From assembly GCA_013695565.1 (NCBI GenBank), contig JACDAG010000258.1, positions 1 to 33,865 of the forward strand: 33,865 nucleotides of DNA. Reading direction: 5' to 3'. The notes beneath the pieces were generated by a model. The model did not search any database. It saw only the letters and a list, made by a program, of their open reading frames with translations, and was not told the DNA's origin. The DNA comes from Bradyrhizobium sp. GTDB lineage: Bacteria; Pseudomonadota; Alphaproteobacteria; Rhizobiales; Xanthobacteraceae. The translations under genes and the position numbers were made by a program. Positions 17,935 to 26,712 of the stretch are shown here, piece after piece. The first letter of the stretch is position 1; each line of letters opens with the position of its first letter.

Positions 17935-19077
17935 CTACTCGTACAAATACCCGACCGGCTTGCCTTCGTTACGCAGCGGACGAACGTCCTTCCGCGTGAT
18001 GATTTGACCAGCCAGGCCGTCAATTTCGTCGCGCTGCGTCGGTGTCCAGCCGCGAAGATTCTCCATGCCTTTCAGCAAGCCCAGCCGGAGGATTTGGGTA
18101 TTTTCGCCTAACCCCACCAGATCGATCGTGTTCTTGCCCGCCGTGACGGTATCGCCGGTCGCAAGTTCAAAATTCTCCCCCGCGCTATTCGCGAATTGGG
18201 CTGTACCGCGAATGACGCGATAGATGACAACCTCACCTTTGCCAAGAAAGGCGATTTCCGCTGCTGCGGAGGTGCTCTTCGGCAACAGCGACTGGCCACG
18301 CGGGTCGGTCGCGATGATATGTCCGGTTGTAAGGCGGCCGCTCGGAATCTCGATTCCAATATCGCGCACGTAAACAGGCCCGGCGGATTTGATCGGCGAG
18401 CCTGCCGGCAGCGGCTTGTAGAGTGCTTCCAGCTCCAGCGGATCCTGCAGCCAGAAACAGGCATCGGCAGGACGGTCATGCAGCGGATGGCTCCAGGCTA
18501 CACGTGGCGTTTCCTCTTCGTTGATGTGATCAATATCCACCACCGTCGGGTTGGGGAAGGTCGTGGGATCGGTGATGAAGGCTTCAAGAAATTTGCCGGA
18601 ATAGCCCATCGACATCGGATCCGGCACCACCGTCTGCGGCGTTTTCAGGTTTTCTTCGGTGGACAATCCCGACCATGTGTAAAAGAGCTGGCGATGCACG
18701 ATCGCGCTCTGCAGCATCACCGCACCGGGACCGACGTAGTAAAACCGGCCATCGTAATCGAAGGTGAACACGCCGGACGTGACCAGCACGAGCTGGTAAC
18801 CGCCGGGTGGAAGGTGAAGATGGAAATCGGTGGGGCCTGTATCGGAGCGGTAAATCGGCAGATTCGTCGCAACCTCGTGGAGGAGGAAGGTTTCGTTGTT
18901 CGCACGAAAGCCTTCGTTCGCGCGATTGTAGAGGGCTTGCGGGCGATAGGTCGGCTCGTGCAAGGCATCCCGATCGCGATCGATAGCCACGAAGTTCGTC
19001 TGGTTCAGGCGGAGGGCATCGCCGTCCGGACGAGTAAGGCCAGGCCATTTGAGATCAACCGCGGCATGCATATTCAT
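17935..19077 (-). CDS. Hypothetical 380-aa protein with two cupin-like segments
   Basis: GGAGGA RBS before ATG 19077. FHLH...YQLVLVTSG...GPGAVMLQSAIVHRQ fits cupin motifs 1 and 2; YRVIRGTAQF...FELATGDTV is a second, ligand-less barrel. Less GC3-biased than its neighbours. Confidence 0.7.
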   Translation of the reverse strand: MNMHAAVDLKWPGLTRPDGDALRLNQTNFVAIDRDRDALHEPTYRPQALYNRANEGFRANNETFLLHEVATNLPIYRSDTGPTDFHLHLPPGGYQLVLVTSGVFTFDYDGRFYYVGPGAVMLQSAIVHRQLFYTWSGLSTEENLKTPQTVVPDPMSMGYSGKFLEAFITDPTTFPNPTVVDIDHINEEETPRVAWSHPLHDRPADACFWLQDPLELEALYKPLPAGSPIKSAGPVYVRDIGIEIPSGRLTTGHIIATDPRGQSLLPKSTSAAAEIAFLGKGEVVIYRVIRGTAQFANSAGENFELATGDTVTAGKNTIDLVGLGENTQILRLGLLKGMENLRGWTPTQRDEIDGLAGQIITRKDVRPLRNEGKPVGYLYE

Positions 19078-19261
19078 GGCATCCTCCAATCCCTGAACTT
19101 CAGCGCGACCCAAAGCCCCGTTCAAATTTGCCCTGTTCAAATGCAGAGCGCTTGGAGTCGCCGGTCGACGGCTGACGGGCTCATGCTGCAATGCGAATTC
19201 TGGGCCAGTTCGCGCATGGCGCAGCGCCTCGGCTCCCGAGGCACGCTTCGGCATGGCGCGA

Positions 19262-19275
19262 TTGAAAAAAATCAA
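19262..19275 (-). promoter_or_regulatory. Candidate FixK/FNR-type box TTGAT-TTTT-TTCAA
   Basis: Matches TTGA-N6-TCAA; 185 bp upstream of the cupin gene start. Confidence 0.35.
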
Positions 19276-19480
19276 GGCGTACAGGATGTTAGGAAGCCCG
19301 CCGTTTGATGCGGCCTTGGCTCATAGCGCCAACTTCGCAACGCCCGCGCAAATTGCGCGAGTTGCCTTGCGTAATTTGTCAGCAAGCCTTGCCAGGAAAC
19401 GCGCAGCCTGGTGCCGCAAGACTGATCTGCCGCCACGCCCTGCTTTGCTTGGTCAGGCGGCAGAAAGAGCCATGCTCGCC

Positions 19481-20317
19481 CTACTCCCTAACCGGTATCC
19501 ATATCTCGAGCCCGCCATTGCCGGTGCTGGAATCGAATTTCTCATCGTAGCGTTCGAAGCTCGGAGCGTCGGCGGCTTTCATGCCTGATGCCGGCAGCCA
19601 GTGATTCCAGATCGTGTTGACGGTGCGGCGAATGGTCGAGATGTGCTCGGCGTGGGTGAACACGGCGTATTTTTGCTCGGGTATCCGCACGCTCTGGAAT
19701 TCGCGCGGCAGGTCGGAGAAATCGGCCACTGCAACGCCGGCGATATAGTCGAAATTGCCGGCATCGTCGGCGTTGCAGCAGACGCCATAGGCCACCTTGC
19801 CGATCCGGCCGGGGATGTTGTCGACGGCCTGATGGAAGCGTTGCCATTGGCTCGGAATGCCGGCGCCCTGGTTTTCGAGGGTGCAGCGTTCGCCGACACC
19901 GGCGACGAGCAAAGCCTTGCCGGTTTCGAAACGCGGGGCGTTCAGATGATCGAGTGCGGTTGAAATCATGACGATGGGCTCCTGAAGCTTTGGATGCTCG
20001 AGGCACGTTCCGGCGCGAACCATTTCGGGCGTGACGCCGAAATGGTCGCGGAACGCGCGGGTGAAGGCTTCGTGGGAGCTGTAATCCGCCTCCAGCGCGA
20101 GGCTCAGAATATCAGGCGCGCCGGCCGCAAGCGCGCGCGCCGCGTTGGAGAGGCGGCGGGCTCGCGCATAGCGCATGACCGAAAGCCCGGTCGCGGCCGC
20201 AAACGCCCGCACCAGGTGGAAGCGCGAGACGCCCGCGATCGCCGATATCTCGTCGAGCGTCAGCGGCCCAGCGAGATGGCTTTCGATATACCAGAGCGCC
20301 TTCTGGGCTGGATTCAT
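19481..20317 (-). CDS. AraC family regulator with C-terminal GyrI-like effector domain
   Basis: N-terminal AraC HTHs (GVSRFHLVRAF, YSSHEAFTRAFRDHFGVTP); C-terminal FDYIAGV...YAVFTH...FERYDE...EIWIPV. Confidence 0.93.
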   Translation of the reverse strand: MNPAQKALWYIESHLAGPLTLDEISAIAGVSRFHLVRAFAAATGLSVMRYARARRLSNAARALAAGAPDILSLALEADYSSHEAFTRAFRDHFGVTPEMVRAGTCLEHPKLQEPIVMISTALDHLNAPRFETGKALLVAGVGERCTLENQGAGIPSQWQRFHQAVDNIPGRIGKVAYGVCCNADDAGNFDYIAGVAVADFSDLPREFQSVRIPEQKYAVFTHAEHISTIRRTVNTIWNHWLPASGMKAADAPSFERYDEKFDSSTGNGGLEIWIPVRE

Positions 20318-20424
20318 CGGTGACGGCTTTCCTTCGAAGCGGCCGCATCATGACCGTTTGCTGCGCGCCGCATTTGACCGTCGTTGCTCTCGCGGTCGTA
20401 ATTGCGCACCGGGGCATCCCTGGT

Positions 20425-20455
20425 TTCGATGCTTCGCATCGCCCCGGAATGACGA
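20425..20455. repeat. Right half of a family B REP element
   Basis: ttcgatgcttcgcatcgccccggaatgacga, identical to the end of the 16653 copy. Confidence 0.85.
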
Positions 20456-20457
20456 CG

Positions 20458-20808
20458 TCACTTCGCCGCGGGCGCTGCATCCTTTGCCAGCGGCGCGTCG
20501 GCTTTCTTCTTCAATTCTTCCGCCGTCTTCTTCTGCAGATCGTCCACGAACTTCTGCAGCGCGATCACGGTTCCCTTCAAGGCCTCGATCTGCCGGTTGG
20601 CGGCATCGAGTTTTTGCTGATGATCCAGCGTGACCTTGCTGATGGTCTTTTGCAGGAAATCGACATTGCTCTGCAGGCAGGAGGTACGCCGCTCCATGGT
20701 CTTTTCGACCGTGCAGATTTCGATGCCGGGAACATCCTGTGCATGGCCCGAGCAGGGCATCAGCAGCACGGCAATAGCGGGCAAACTCTTCGCAATCCGG
20801 CTAAGCAT
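20458..20808 (-). CDS. Hypothetical secreted coiled-coil protein
   Basis: Signal peptide ending GHA-Q; Cys pair in EICTVEKTMERRTSC; coiled-coil C-terminus; GAGGA RBS. Confidence 0.8.
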   Translation of the reverse strand: MLSRIAKSLPAIAVLLMPCSGHAQDVPGIEICTVEKTMERRTSCLQSNVDFLQKTISKVTLDHQQKLDAANRQIEALKGTVIALQKFVDDLQKKTAEELKKKADAPLAKDAAPAAK

Positions 20809-20998
20809 CAAATCCTCGTTCCACGCGCGCCGCGCGAAGGGCGATCAACCACATCAAATTGCTGGTATCAGGCCGCAGGCTTCAGCGATACCACACTGAT
20901 ACCTCATTCAGGCGGTGACATTCACGCTTTGGTGGACACGACTTTGGCCGGGAACCCAAACGCTGGGTTGGTAAGCCCCGGGAGTGGAGATTGGGATT

Positions 20999-21217
20999 AT
21001 GGCAATGCGGGAAAAACGGCTGGCACAATTCGACGGCAATGGGGAGCCGCCGCCGGACCGGCCGGTGGAAGTGCTGTGCGAGGATCACAGCGGCACGTAT
21101 CAATTGCCGTTCGCCTGCCGCTGGATCGAGGGACAATGGCGCAATGACCGGACCGGCGGCGCGCTTGAGGCGACGGTGGTCGGCTGGCGGCTGCCGCGGC
21201 TCAACGGTCAGATCTGA
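20999..21217 (+). CDS. Small hypothetical protein (72 aa; VLCEDHSGTY...VVGWR)
   Basis: GGAG upstream; globular Trp-rich composition; GC3-rich codons. Confidence 0.72.
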   Translation: MAMREKRLAQFDGNGEPPPDRPVEVLCEDHSGTYQLPFACRWIEGQWRNDRTGGALEATVVGWRLPRLNGQI

Positions 21218-21873
21218 GCGATTTTGCCGGCGCGAAGCGGAACCGGCGTGGCCTGGCGCCGCGCGCTGTGCCAGAATGCGACGGGATCATGCGTCGTCAG
21301 CAGCTTGTCCTTAAGTTTCGGAACGCGGATAGAACGAACCGCGCCCGAATCACTGCTTTGGCGCCGTACTCCCTTGTTCACGGCTAGATATCGGCTGGAA
21401 CGTCAAGCGGCGCACCACATGCAGCACAGCCACGATCGGCCGCAACCAGCGGCCAATGACAAGGGTTAATTCCTCGGGGGATGACATGGCGGTTACTTCC
21501 CCGGTGTCGGCGGCGCGATGCCGAGGTCGCGATAGCGGGAAAAGACGCTCACAATTGCGGTGCGATTCATCGAAGCCTCCACGGTTTTTCGCGCGATCGC
21601 GACCACGCAAGGCGTCCAAATTTTCGGCAGCGTCGCGTCGTTGCGTTCACGGCTGCATGCAGCCATGCGAAATCCGCGCCAGTGGCGTTGCACTGCGTCG
21701 ATTCCAATAGCTCGCGCCGAAAATACGCCGAAGCCGTTGTCGGGGGACCGGAATCCGCATCAATGATTTTCCGGTGCATCGCGGACGCCGGCGCCGCGGC
21801 GCCCCGATGGCATGGGCTTGAGCAACTGCCCGAAGCTTAGCCCGTCAAACGGGCAGAGCGCTTCGCACGCTGC

Positions 21874-22527
21874 CTAATATTCGACCTCGAGCTCCTCGAT
21901 GTCGGCGGGCTCGGCCTTGGCAGCTTCGATCCACTCCTGCATTTCGGGCATCGCCATGATGGTTTTGGCGTAGGCCGCAAGCTTCGCCTCGAGCTTGACG
22001 TCATAGGTCATGAAGCGGGTCACGACCGGGGCATACATGGCATCCGCCATGGTGCGCTCGCCGAACAGGAACGGCCCGCCGGATTGCGCCAGGCACTCGC
22101 GCCAGATGGTGCAGACCCGGTCGATATCGGCCTGCGCGCGCGACCAGATCTTGAAGCCCGGGAAATGGCCCTTGAGGTTGACCGGCAATGAGGCCCGCAG
22201 CGTCGTGAAGCCGGAGTGGATTTCACCGCAAATCGAGCGGCAATGCGCCCGTTGCACCCGATCCGCCGGCAACAGGCCGGCATCCGGCATCGCATCGTTG
22301 AGATATTCGCCGATCGCCAGGGTGTCCCAGACGGTGGCGCCCTCGTGCCGCAGGCAAGGCACCAGGATCGAGGATGACAGCAGCAGGATTTCAGCCCGCG
22401 CCGACGCATCGTCGGGGGCGGTCACGACCTCCTCGAAGGGGAGGCCTGAGAATTTGGTCAGGAGCCAGCCGCGCAGCGACCAGGACGAATAGTTCTTGCT
22501 GCTGATGGTCAGTGTCGTTTTCGCCAT
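21874..22527 (-). CDS. Glutathione S-transferase family protein
   Basis: SKNYSSWSLRGWL, VPCL, WDTLAIGEYL, GPFLFG...ADAMYAPV; GGGAAGG RBS before ATG 22527. Confidence 0.93.
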   Translation of the reverse strand: MAKTTLTISSKNYSSWSLRGWLLTKFSGLPFEEVVTAPDDASARAEILLLSSSILVPCLRHEGATVWDTLAIGEYLNDAMPDAGLLPADRVQRAHCRSICGEIHSGFTTLRASLPVNLKGHFPGFKIWSRAQADIDRVCTIWRECLAQSGGPFLFGERTMADAMYAPVVTRFMTYDVKLEAKLAAYAKTIMAMPEMQEWIEAAKAEPADIEELEVEY

Positions 22528-22643
22528 GGGGCCTTCCCTCACGCCTGAACTTCTACCGCAAGGCCAAGTGGACTGCCGCGCCAGTGCGCCGCCGCCCACC
22601 ACCTATGCATCTCGGCAGCACATCTGTGCGCCTGAGTATACGC

Positions 22644-22659
22644 AGCAAGCGACGTGCCA
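22644..22659 (-). promoter_or_regulatory. Sigma54 (-24/-12) promoter for the GST gene
   Basis: Minus strand TGGCACGTCGCTTGCT matches the consensus TGGCACG-N4-TTGCW. Confidence 0.75.
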
Positions 22660-22686
22660 GTTTTTTCGGGCGGATCGGCCCGGCTT

Positions 22687-22702
22687 TGGCTTCGATATTG
22701 CA
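22687..22702 (+). promoter_or_regulatory. Sigma54 (-24/-12) promoter for phaZ
   Basis: TGGCTTCGATATTGCA, with exact GG-N10-GC spacing, about 30 bp upstream of the phaZ start. Confidence 0.62.
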
Positions 22703-22730
22703 TAGCCTCCTTGGGCAAGGGCGGATGCGT

Positions 22731-23954
22731 ATGATGTCATTGATGTACCAAGCTTATCAGAACCACATGGACCTCACGGCGCCATGGCGGACCGGGGCCG
22801 CATCGGCGCTCAGATATCTCAACCTCGTGCCGCAAGGCGTCTCCGACAAGGCGTTCGGACGGCTGGCCGCGGCGCTCGAGCTGATCTCGCGCACCTCGCT
22901 CACCTATGCGCGGCCGGCTTACGGCATCGACAAGGTGATGGTCGGCAATCAGGGGTATGCGATCACCGAGGAAGTCGCCTATGCGACGCCGTTCGGCTCG
23001 CTGCTGCGCTTCAAAAAGGAGGGTGCGCCGGAGCAGCCAAAACTCCTTTTGGTGGCGCCGATGTCCGGCCATTTTGCAACATTGCTGCGCGGCACCGTCA
23101 AGACGTTGCTGCAGGACCACGACGTCTACATCACCGACTGGCATAACCCGCGCGACATTCCGCTCAACGCCGGCCGCTTTGGCCTGGAGGATTACACCGA
23201 CCATCTGATCGACTTCCTCGACAAGATGGGCCCGCGCTCGCACATGGTGGCGATCTGCCAGCCGTCAGTGTCGGCGCTGGCGGCGGCGGCGGTGATGTCG
23301 GAGGACAATCACCCGGCGCGCCCGGCGACGCTGACGCTGATGGCAGGTCCGATCGACACCCGCATCCTGCCGACCAAGGTCAACGACTTCGCCAAGAGCA
23401 AGCCGATCAAATGGTTCGAGGAGAACTTGATCAATTACGTGCCCGTTCAATGCAAGGGCGCGTTCCGCCAGGTCTATCCCGGCTTCGTGCAGCTAACCGC
23501 GTTCGTCTCGATGAATCTCGAACGCCATATCAAGCAACACATCGACCTCGCCCAGCATCTGGCCAAGGGCGAGACGGAGAAGGCTGACATCATCAAGACC
23601 TTCTATGACGAATATTTCGCCGTGATGGACCTGCCGGCGGAGTTTTACATCGAGACCGTGCGCGACGTATTTCAGGAGCATCTGCTGCCGCAGGGCAAGC
23701 TGATGCATCGCGGCCGGGCGGTAAACCCGGCCTCGATCAAGCGCATGGGCCTGATGACGGTCGAAGGCGAAAAGGACGACATCTGCTCGATCGGCCAGAC
23801 GCTGGCCGCGCAAGACCTCTGCACCGGCGTGCGCGCCTATCGCCGGGTGCATCACATGCAGGCCGGCGTCGGCCATTACGGCGTGTTCTCGGGCAAACGC
23901 TGGAACAACGAGATCTATCCGCTGCTGCGGGATTTCGTGCATGTGAATTCGTGA
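22731..23954 (+). CDS. phaZ: Intracellular polyhydroxyalkanoate depolymerase
   Basis: VAPMSGHFATLLRGTV, DVYITDW, catalytic Cys in AICQP, VEGEKDDI, GVGHYGVFSG. Start could be 22725, 22731, 22734 or 22743. Confidence 0.93.
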   Translation: MMSLMYQAYQNHMDLTAPWRTGAASALRYLNLVPQGVSDKAFGRLAAALELISRTSLTYARPAYGIDKVMVGNQGYAITEEVAYATPFGSLLRFKKEGAPEQPKLLLVAPMSGHFATLLRGTVKTLLQDHDVYITDWHNPRDIPLNAGRFGLEDYTDHLIDFLDKMGPRSHMVAICQPSVSALAAAAVMSEDNHPARPATLTLMAGPIDTRILPTKVNDFAKSKPIKWFEENLINYVPVQCKGAFRQVYPGFVQLTAFVSMNLERHIKQHIDLAQHLAKGETEKADIIKTFYDEYFAVMDLPAEFYIETVRDVFQEHLLPQGKLMHRGRAVNPASIKRMGLMTVEGEKDDICSIGQTLAAQDLCTGVRAYRRVHHMQAGVGHYGVFSGKRWNNEIYPLLRDFVHVNS

Positions 23955-24003
23955 GGTCGGAGCAGCCCCGCTACGCATCGTAAGGCAGCATCAGCTCTCT
24001 CCA

Positions 24004-24112
24004 TCATTGCGAGCCAACGGGTCGCGCGAACGCGCGCCCGATGACAGGCTCCGCGAAGCAATCCGCGCACGAAAGGCTGGATTGCTTCGTCGCAAGTGCT
24101 CCTCGCAATGAC
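24004..24112. repeat. REP-like element, family A, long variant
   Basis: TCATTGCGAG...CTCGCAATGA; 24004-24064 is the exact reverse complement of 29005-29065. Confidence 0.9.
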
Positions 24113-24182
24113 GCGGATAGTGCTGTTAGTAACCATCCGATATAGACGTCGCTGATAGTCGCGACGCAGATGGATTCGAACA

Positions 24183-24815
24183 ATGAGCCTGACGACCTAC
24201 TCGCTATACCTGGCTGCCGTGGCCGTACTGGTGCTGTCTCCCGGACCCACCATGCTCATGTGCATGACGACGGCGCTGAACGAAGGCAAGTCAGCCGCCC
24301 TCGCGGCGGCTTCCGGCAGCATCAGCGCGGTCCTTGGCGTCATGGCGCTTTCAGCGCTGGGCCTCGGGGCATTGCTCGCAGCGTCAGAGCTTGCCTTCAC
24401 CGTGGTCAAGGTGATCGGGGCTTTCTATCTCATCTGGCTGGGCATCAAGACGTTTTGCAGCAACGCTGACGCTGTCGATATCAAGAGAGATGCCACGGAT
24501 AGCGGCCGACACTTGCGCGCGTACTATGTCAGAGGGCTTTTGGTTGGCTCCAGCAATCCCAAGGCCATCCTGTTCTTCACCGCGTTCTTCCCGCAATTCC
24601 TGAACCCGGCCGAACCGTTCGTCACGCAATATTCCATCCTCGCGCTCACCTTCATCGCATGCGAGTTCAGCGTGCTGGCGATGTGCGCTTTCGGCGTCTC
24701 CGCGATCAGCCCCTTCCTGCGCTCACAACGGCACATGCGCTGGATCAACAGAATAACAGGCGGGATGTTCGCAACGATGGGCGGCCTGTTGTTGTTCAGC
24801 CGCCGTCACGCCTGA
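24183..24815 (+). CDS. LysE/RhtB family amino-acid exporter
   Basis: SPGP, GAFYLIWLG, NPKAILFF..FFPQF. Confidence 0.93.
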   Translation: MSLTTYSLYLAAVAVLVLSPGPTMLMCMTTALNEGKSAALAAASGSISAVLGVMALSALGLGALLAASELAFTVVKVIGAFYLIWLGIKTFCSNADAVDIKRDATDSGRHLRAYYVRGLLVGSSNPKAILFFTAFFPQFLNPAEPFVTQYSILALTFIACEFSVLAMCAFGVSAISPFLRSQRHMRWINRITGGMFATMGGLLLFSRRHA

Positions 24816-24857
24816 CACGGAGCGGAAGGACGCAATGCCTTTTCGCAGGGAGTCAGT

Positions 24858-25016
24858 TCAATCGGCGTCGGTAATCCGTCCCTTGCCGGCACAGGCCTCG
24901 CACTTCGCCGGATAGATCTTGTGAGTTGCCAGCACGGGCTGCTTCACCGCGGGGAATCCCGTTCCATTGCAGGCAGCGCACCTGTGCTCTTTGATCTTTC
25001 GCATCGTGGCACTCAT
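24858..25016 (-). CDS. 52-aa zinc-finger microprotein (two CxxCxGxG motifs)
   Basis: CAACNGTG and CEACAGKG; GAGAGGG RBS before ATG 25016. Confidence 0.72.
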   Translation of the reverse strand: MSATMRKIKEHRCAACNGTGFPAVKQPVLATHKIYPAKCEACAGKGRITDAD

Positions 25017-25169
25017 TTGAAACCCTCTCACGCCGCCGTGGTTGGCGGCCCTCGCACCGTATTTATGGCAACGAGACACGGCCAGCGATATTCGCTCGAT
25101 TGCGGAGGCCCCACGCGCGCGCATGGGCGCGCACAGGGGTGAGCACCTCACATGGATCCGCTTTGCGGG

Positions 25170-26156
25170 CTAGTTCTCGCAGATCCCGCTTAGCGGAGCA
25201 TCAATCGTACAGACGAGACCTGTCGGCTCAAAATTCAGCTTCACCTGTCCGGAAAGTTGAACAGCGAGCATGCGCTCGATCAGTCGCGAGCCGAAGCCGA
25301 TTTGTTTTGGAGCGGCAACGGTCGGGCCGCCGCGTTCACGCCAGGCCCAGTGAAATTGCCCCTGATCGGCCGACCAGGTGATTTCGACCTCACCCGACTG
25401 AGCTGAAAGCGCGCCGTATTTTATTGCGTTGGTACACAACTCGTGCACTGCCATGGAAAGGGCAACCGCGGCTTTGGGAGCCAGTCGCAAGATTGGACCC
25501 GATATTTCAAAACGTTCCTCTTCCGACGTACGATGCGGACCGACCGCGGACGCGATTATCTCGTTGAGATCGGCACTATCCCAACTCCTTTGCGTCAGCA
25601 CCGCATGGACGTTGCTGAGCGAAACGAGCCGCGCCGAAAATGCCCGTTGAACCGATGGATCAAGGCCGGAATTGCGGAATGTCTGATCGGCGATCGACTG
25701 CACCATCGTCAACGTATTCTTGATTCGGTGCTCCAGCTCTTCGATGAGGAGGTCACGCTGCGCCTCCGCATTGCGACGATCGGTGATATCGCGAAACACG
25801 ACGCCGATGCCGTCACCAAGAGGAAACAACCTGTACGCCAGCCACTGGCCTCCAAAAATGACGGACTCAGTCTCGGAGCGGATGGTTTCGCGACTCTCCA
25901 TCGTACTCAGGAAGAGCTGACCCAGCCCAGTTTCGCGCGCTCGCGGAAATGCCTCCCACAAGTTGCGGCCAAGCACTTCTTCCGGAGCGCGGCGAAAGTG
26001 CCGGGCGGCCTGATTGTTAAAGAGGATGATACGCCAATCGCGATCGACCGCGTAAAAGCCTTCACCAATGCCGTCAAGAATCGTTTTTAGACCGTCCTCG
26101 GTGCAAAGAGCGGCCAGTTGATCGGAAACGATGGATTTTCCACCTGAGTTAGTCAA
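25170..26156 (-). CDS. PAS-domain HWE-family sensor histidine kinase (start uncertain)
   Basis: PAS domain (GFYAVDRDWRI...FRDITDRR), H-box ELEHRIKN, N-box HELCTNAIKYGALS, WRERGGP, GFGSRLI. No in-frame ATG just upstream of the PAS domain; TTG 26156 or CTG 26117 are possible starts. Confidence 0.88.
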   Translation of the reverse strand: MTNSGGKSIVSDQLAALCTEDGLKTILDGIGEGFYAVDRDWRIILFNNQAARHFRRAPEEVLGRNLWEAFPRARETGLGQLFLSTMESRETIRSETESVIFGGQWLAYRLFPLGDGIGVVFRDITDRRNAEAQRDLLIEELEHRIKNTLTMVQSIADQTFRNSGLDPSVQRAFSARLVSLSNVHAVLTQRSWDSADLNEIIASAVGPHRTSEEERFEISGPILRLAPKAAVALSMAVHELCTNAIKYGALSAQSGEVEITWSADQGQFHWAWRERGGPTVAAPKQIGFGSRLIERMLAVQLSGQVKLNFEPTGLVCTIDAPLSGICEN

Positions 26157-26207
26157 AATGCACCCAAAAGTCTCTCCGCAGGCTAGCTCCAAAGCGGGAT
26201 TGGTAGC

Positions 26208-26233
26208 AATGAAACTAAATACGTCTTCGTTTC
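26208..26233 (-). promoter_or_regulatory. Candidate sigma-EcfG promoter for the HWE kinase
   Basis: Minus strand GAAAC-N17-CATT, one mismatch to GGAAC-N17-C[GA]TT. Confidence 0.35.
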
Positions 26234-26270
26234 CGGCCCCCGCCTGGTTTGGGCAGCGCCCGAACCTGTT

Positions 26271-26453
26271 ATGAAGATGCTCACCGAATATCTTGAGCGC
26301 GCGGTAAACCTTGAACGCCTCGCCATGAACGAACGCGACTCCAAATTCAAAACTGAATTGTTGGATCAAGCGGCAGCCTATCGGAAGCTGGCAGCCAGAC
26401 GGGCCGAGCAGTACGGCCTGCCGCCTCCCAGTCCTCCAGAGATTTCAAACTGA
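26271..26453 (+). CDS. 60-aa helical-hairpin microprotein
   Basis: EYLERAVNLERLA...LLDQAAAYRKLA amphipathic helices with a PPPSPP tail; divergent from the kinase. Confidence 0.72.
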   Translation: MKMLTEYLERAVNLERLAMNERDSKFKTELLDQAAAYRKLAARRAEQYGLPPPSPPEISN

Positions 26454-26500
26454 GAAACTCCTTCGGCATCTCGCCTTGACGCCTGCGAAGCCCGGCGGCT

Positions 26501-26683
26501 TTAGCGGGTTGTCTCGATTGCCTTGAACGGCGTGGCGAGCGGGCTGTCCGCCCATTTGGCGGCTTCGATTTTGAGGGGATCGAGTTTGTTGCAGAATACG
26601 CACTGCAGTTCGGTCCTGCCGGTAAAGCTGGGTGCGGGGACCATTCTCTTTCCGCAGTGCAAACATCGCGTTACCCGGTCCAT
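26501..26683 (-). CDS. 60-aa zinc-ribbon microprotein
   Basis: CLHC...CVFC; AAGGGAG RBS 10 nt upstream. Confidence 0.72.
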   Translation of the reverse strand: MDRVTRCLHCGKRMVPAPSFTGRTELQCVFCNKLDPLKIEAAKWADSPLATPFKAIETTR

Positions 26684-26712
26684 CGCGCGCCATCTCCCTT
26701 GGTTTCAGCGCT

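Noticed and set aside
21321-21335. GAAC-N7-GAAC alphaproteobacterial SOS box
   Set aside because: Exact match, but not upstream of any supported gene; an 8-bp-information motif is expected by chance in 34 kb.
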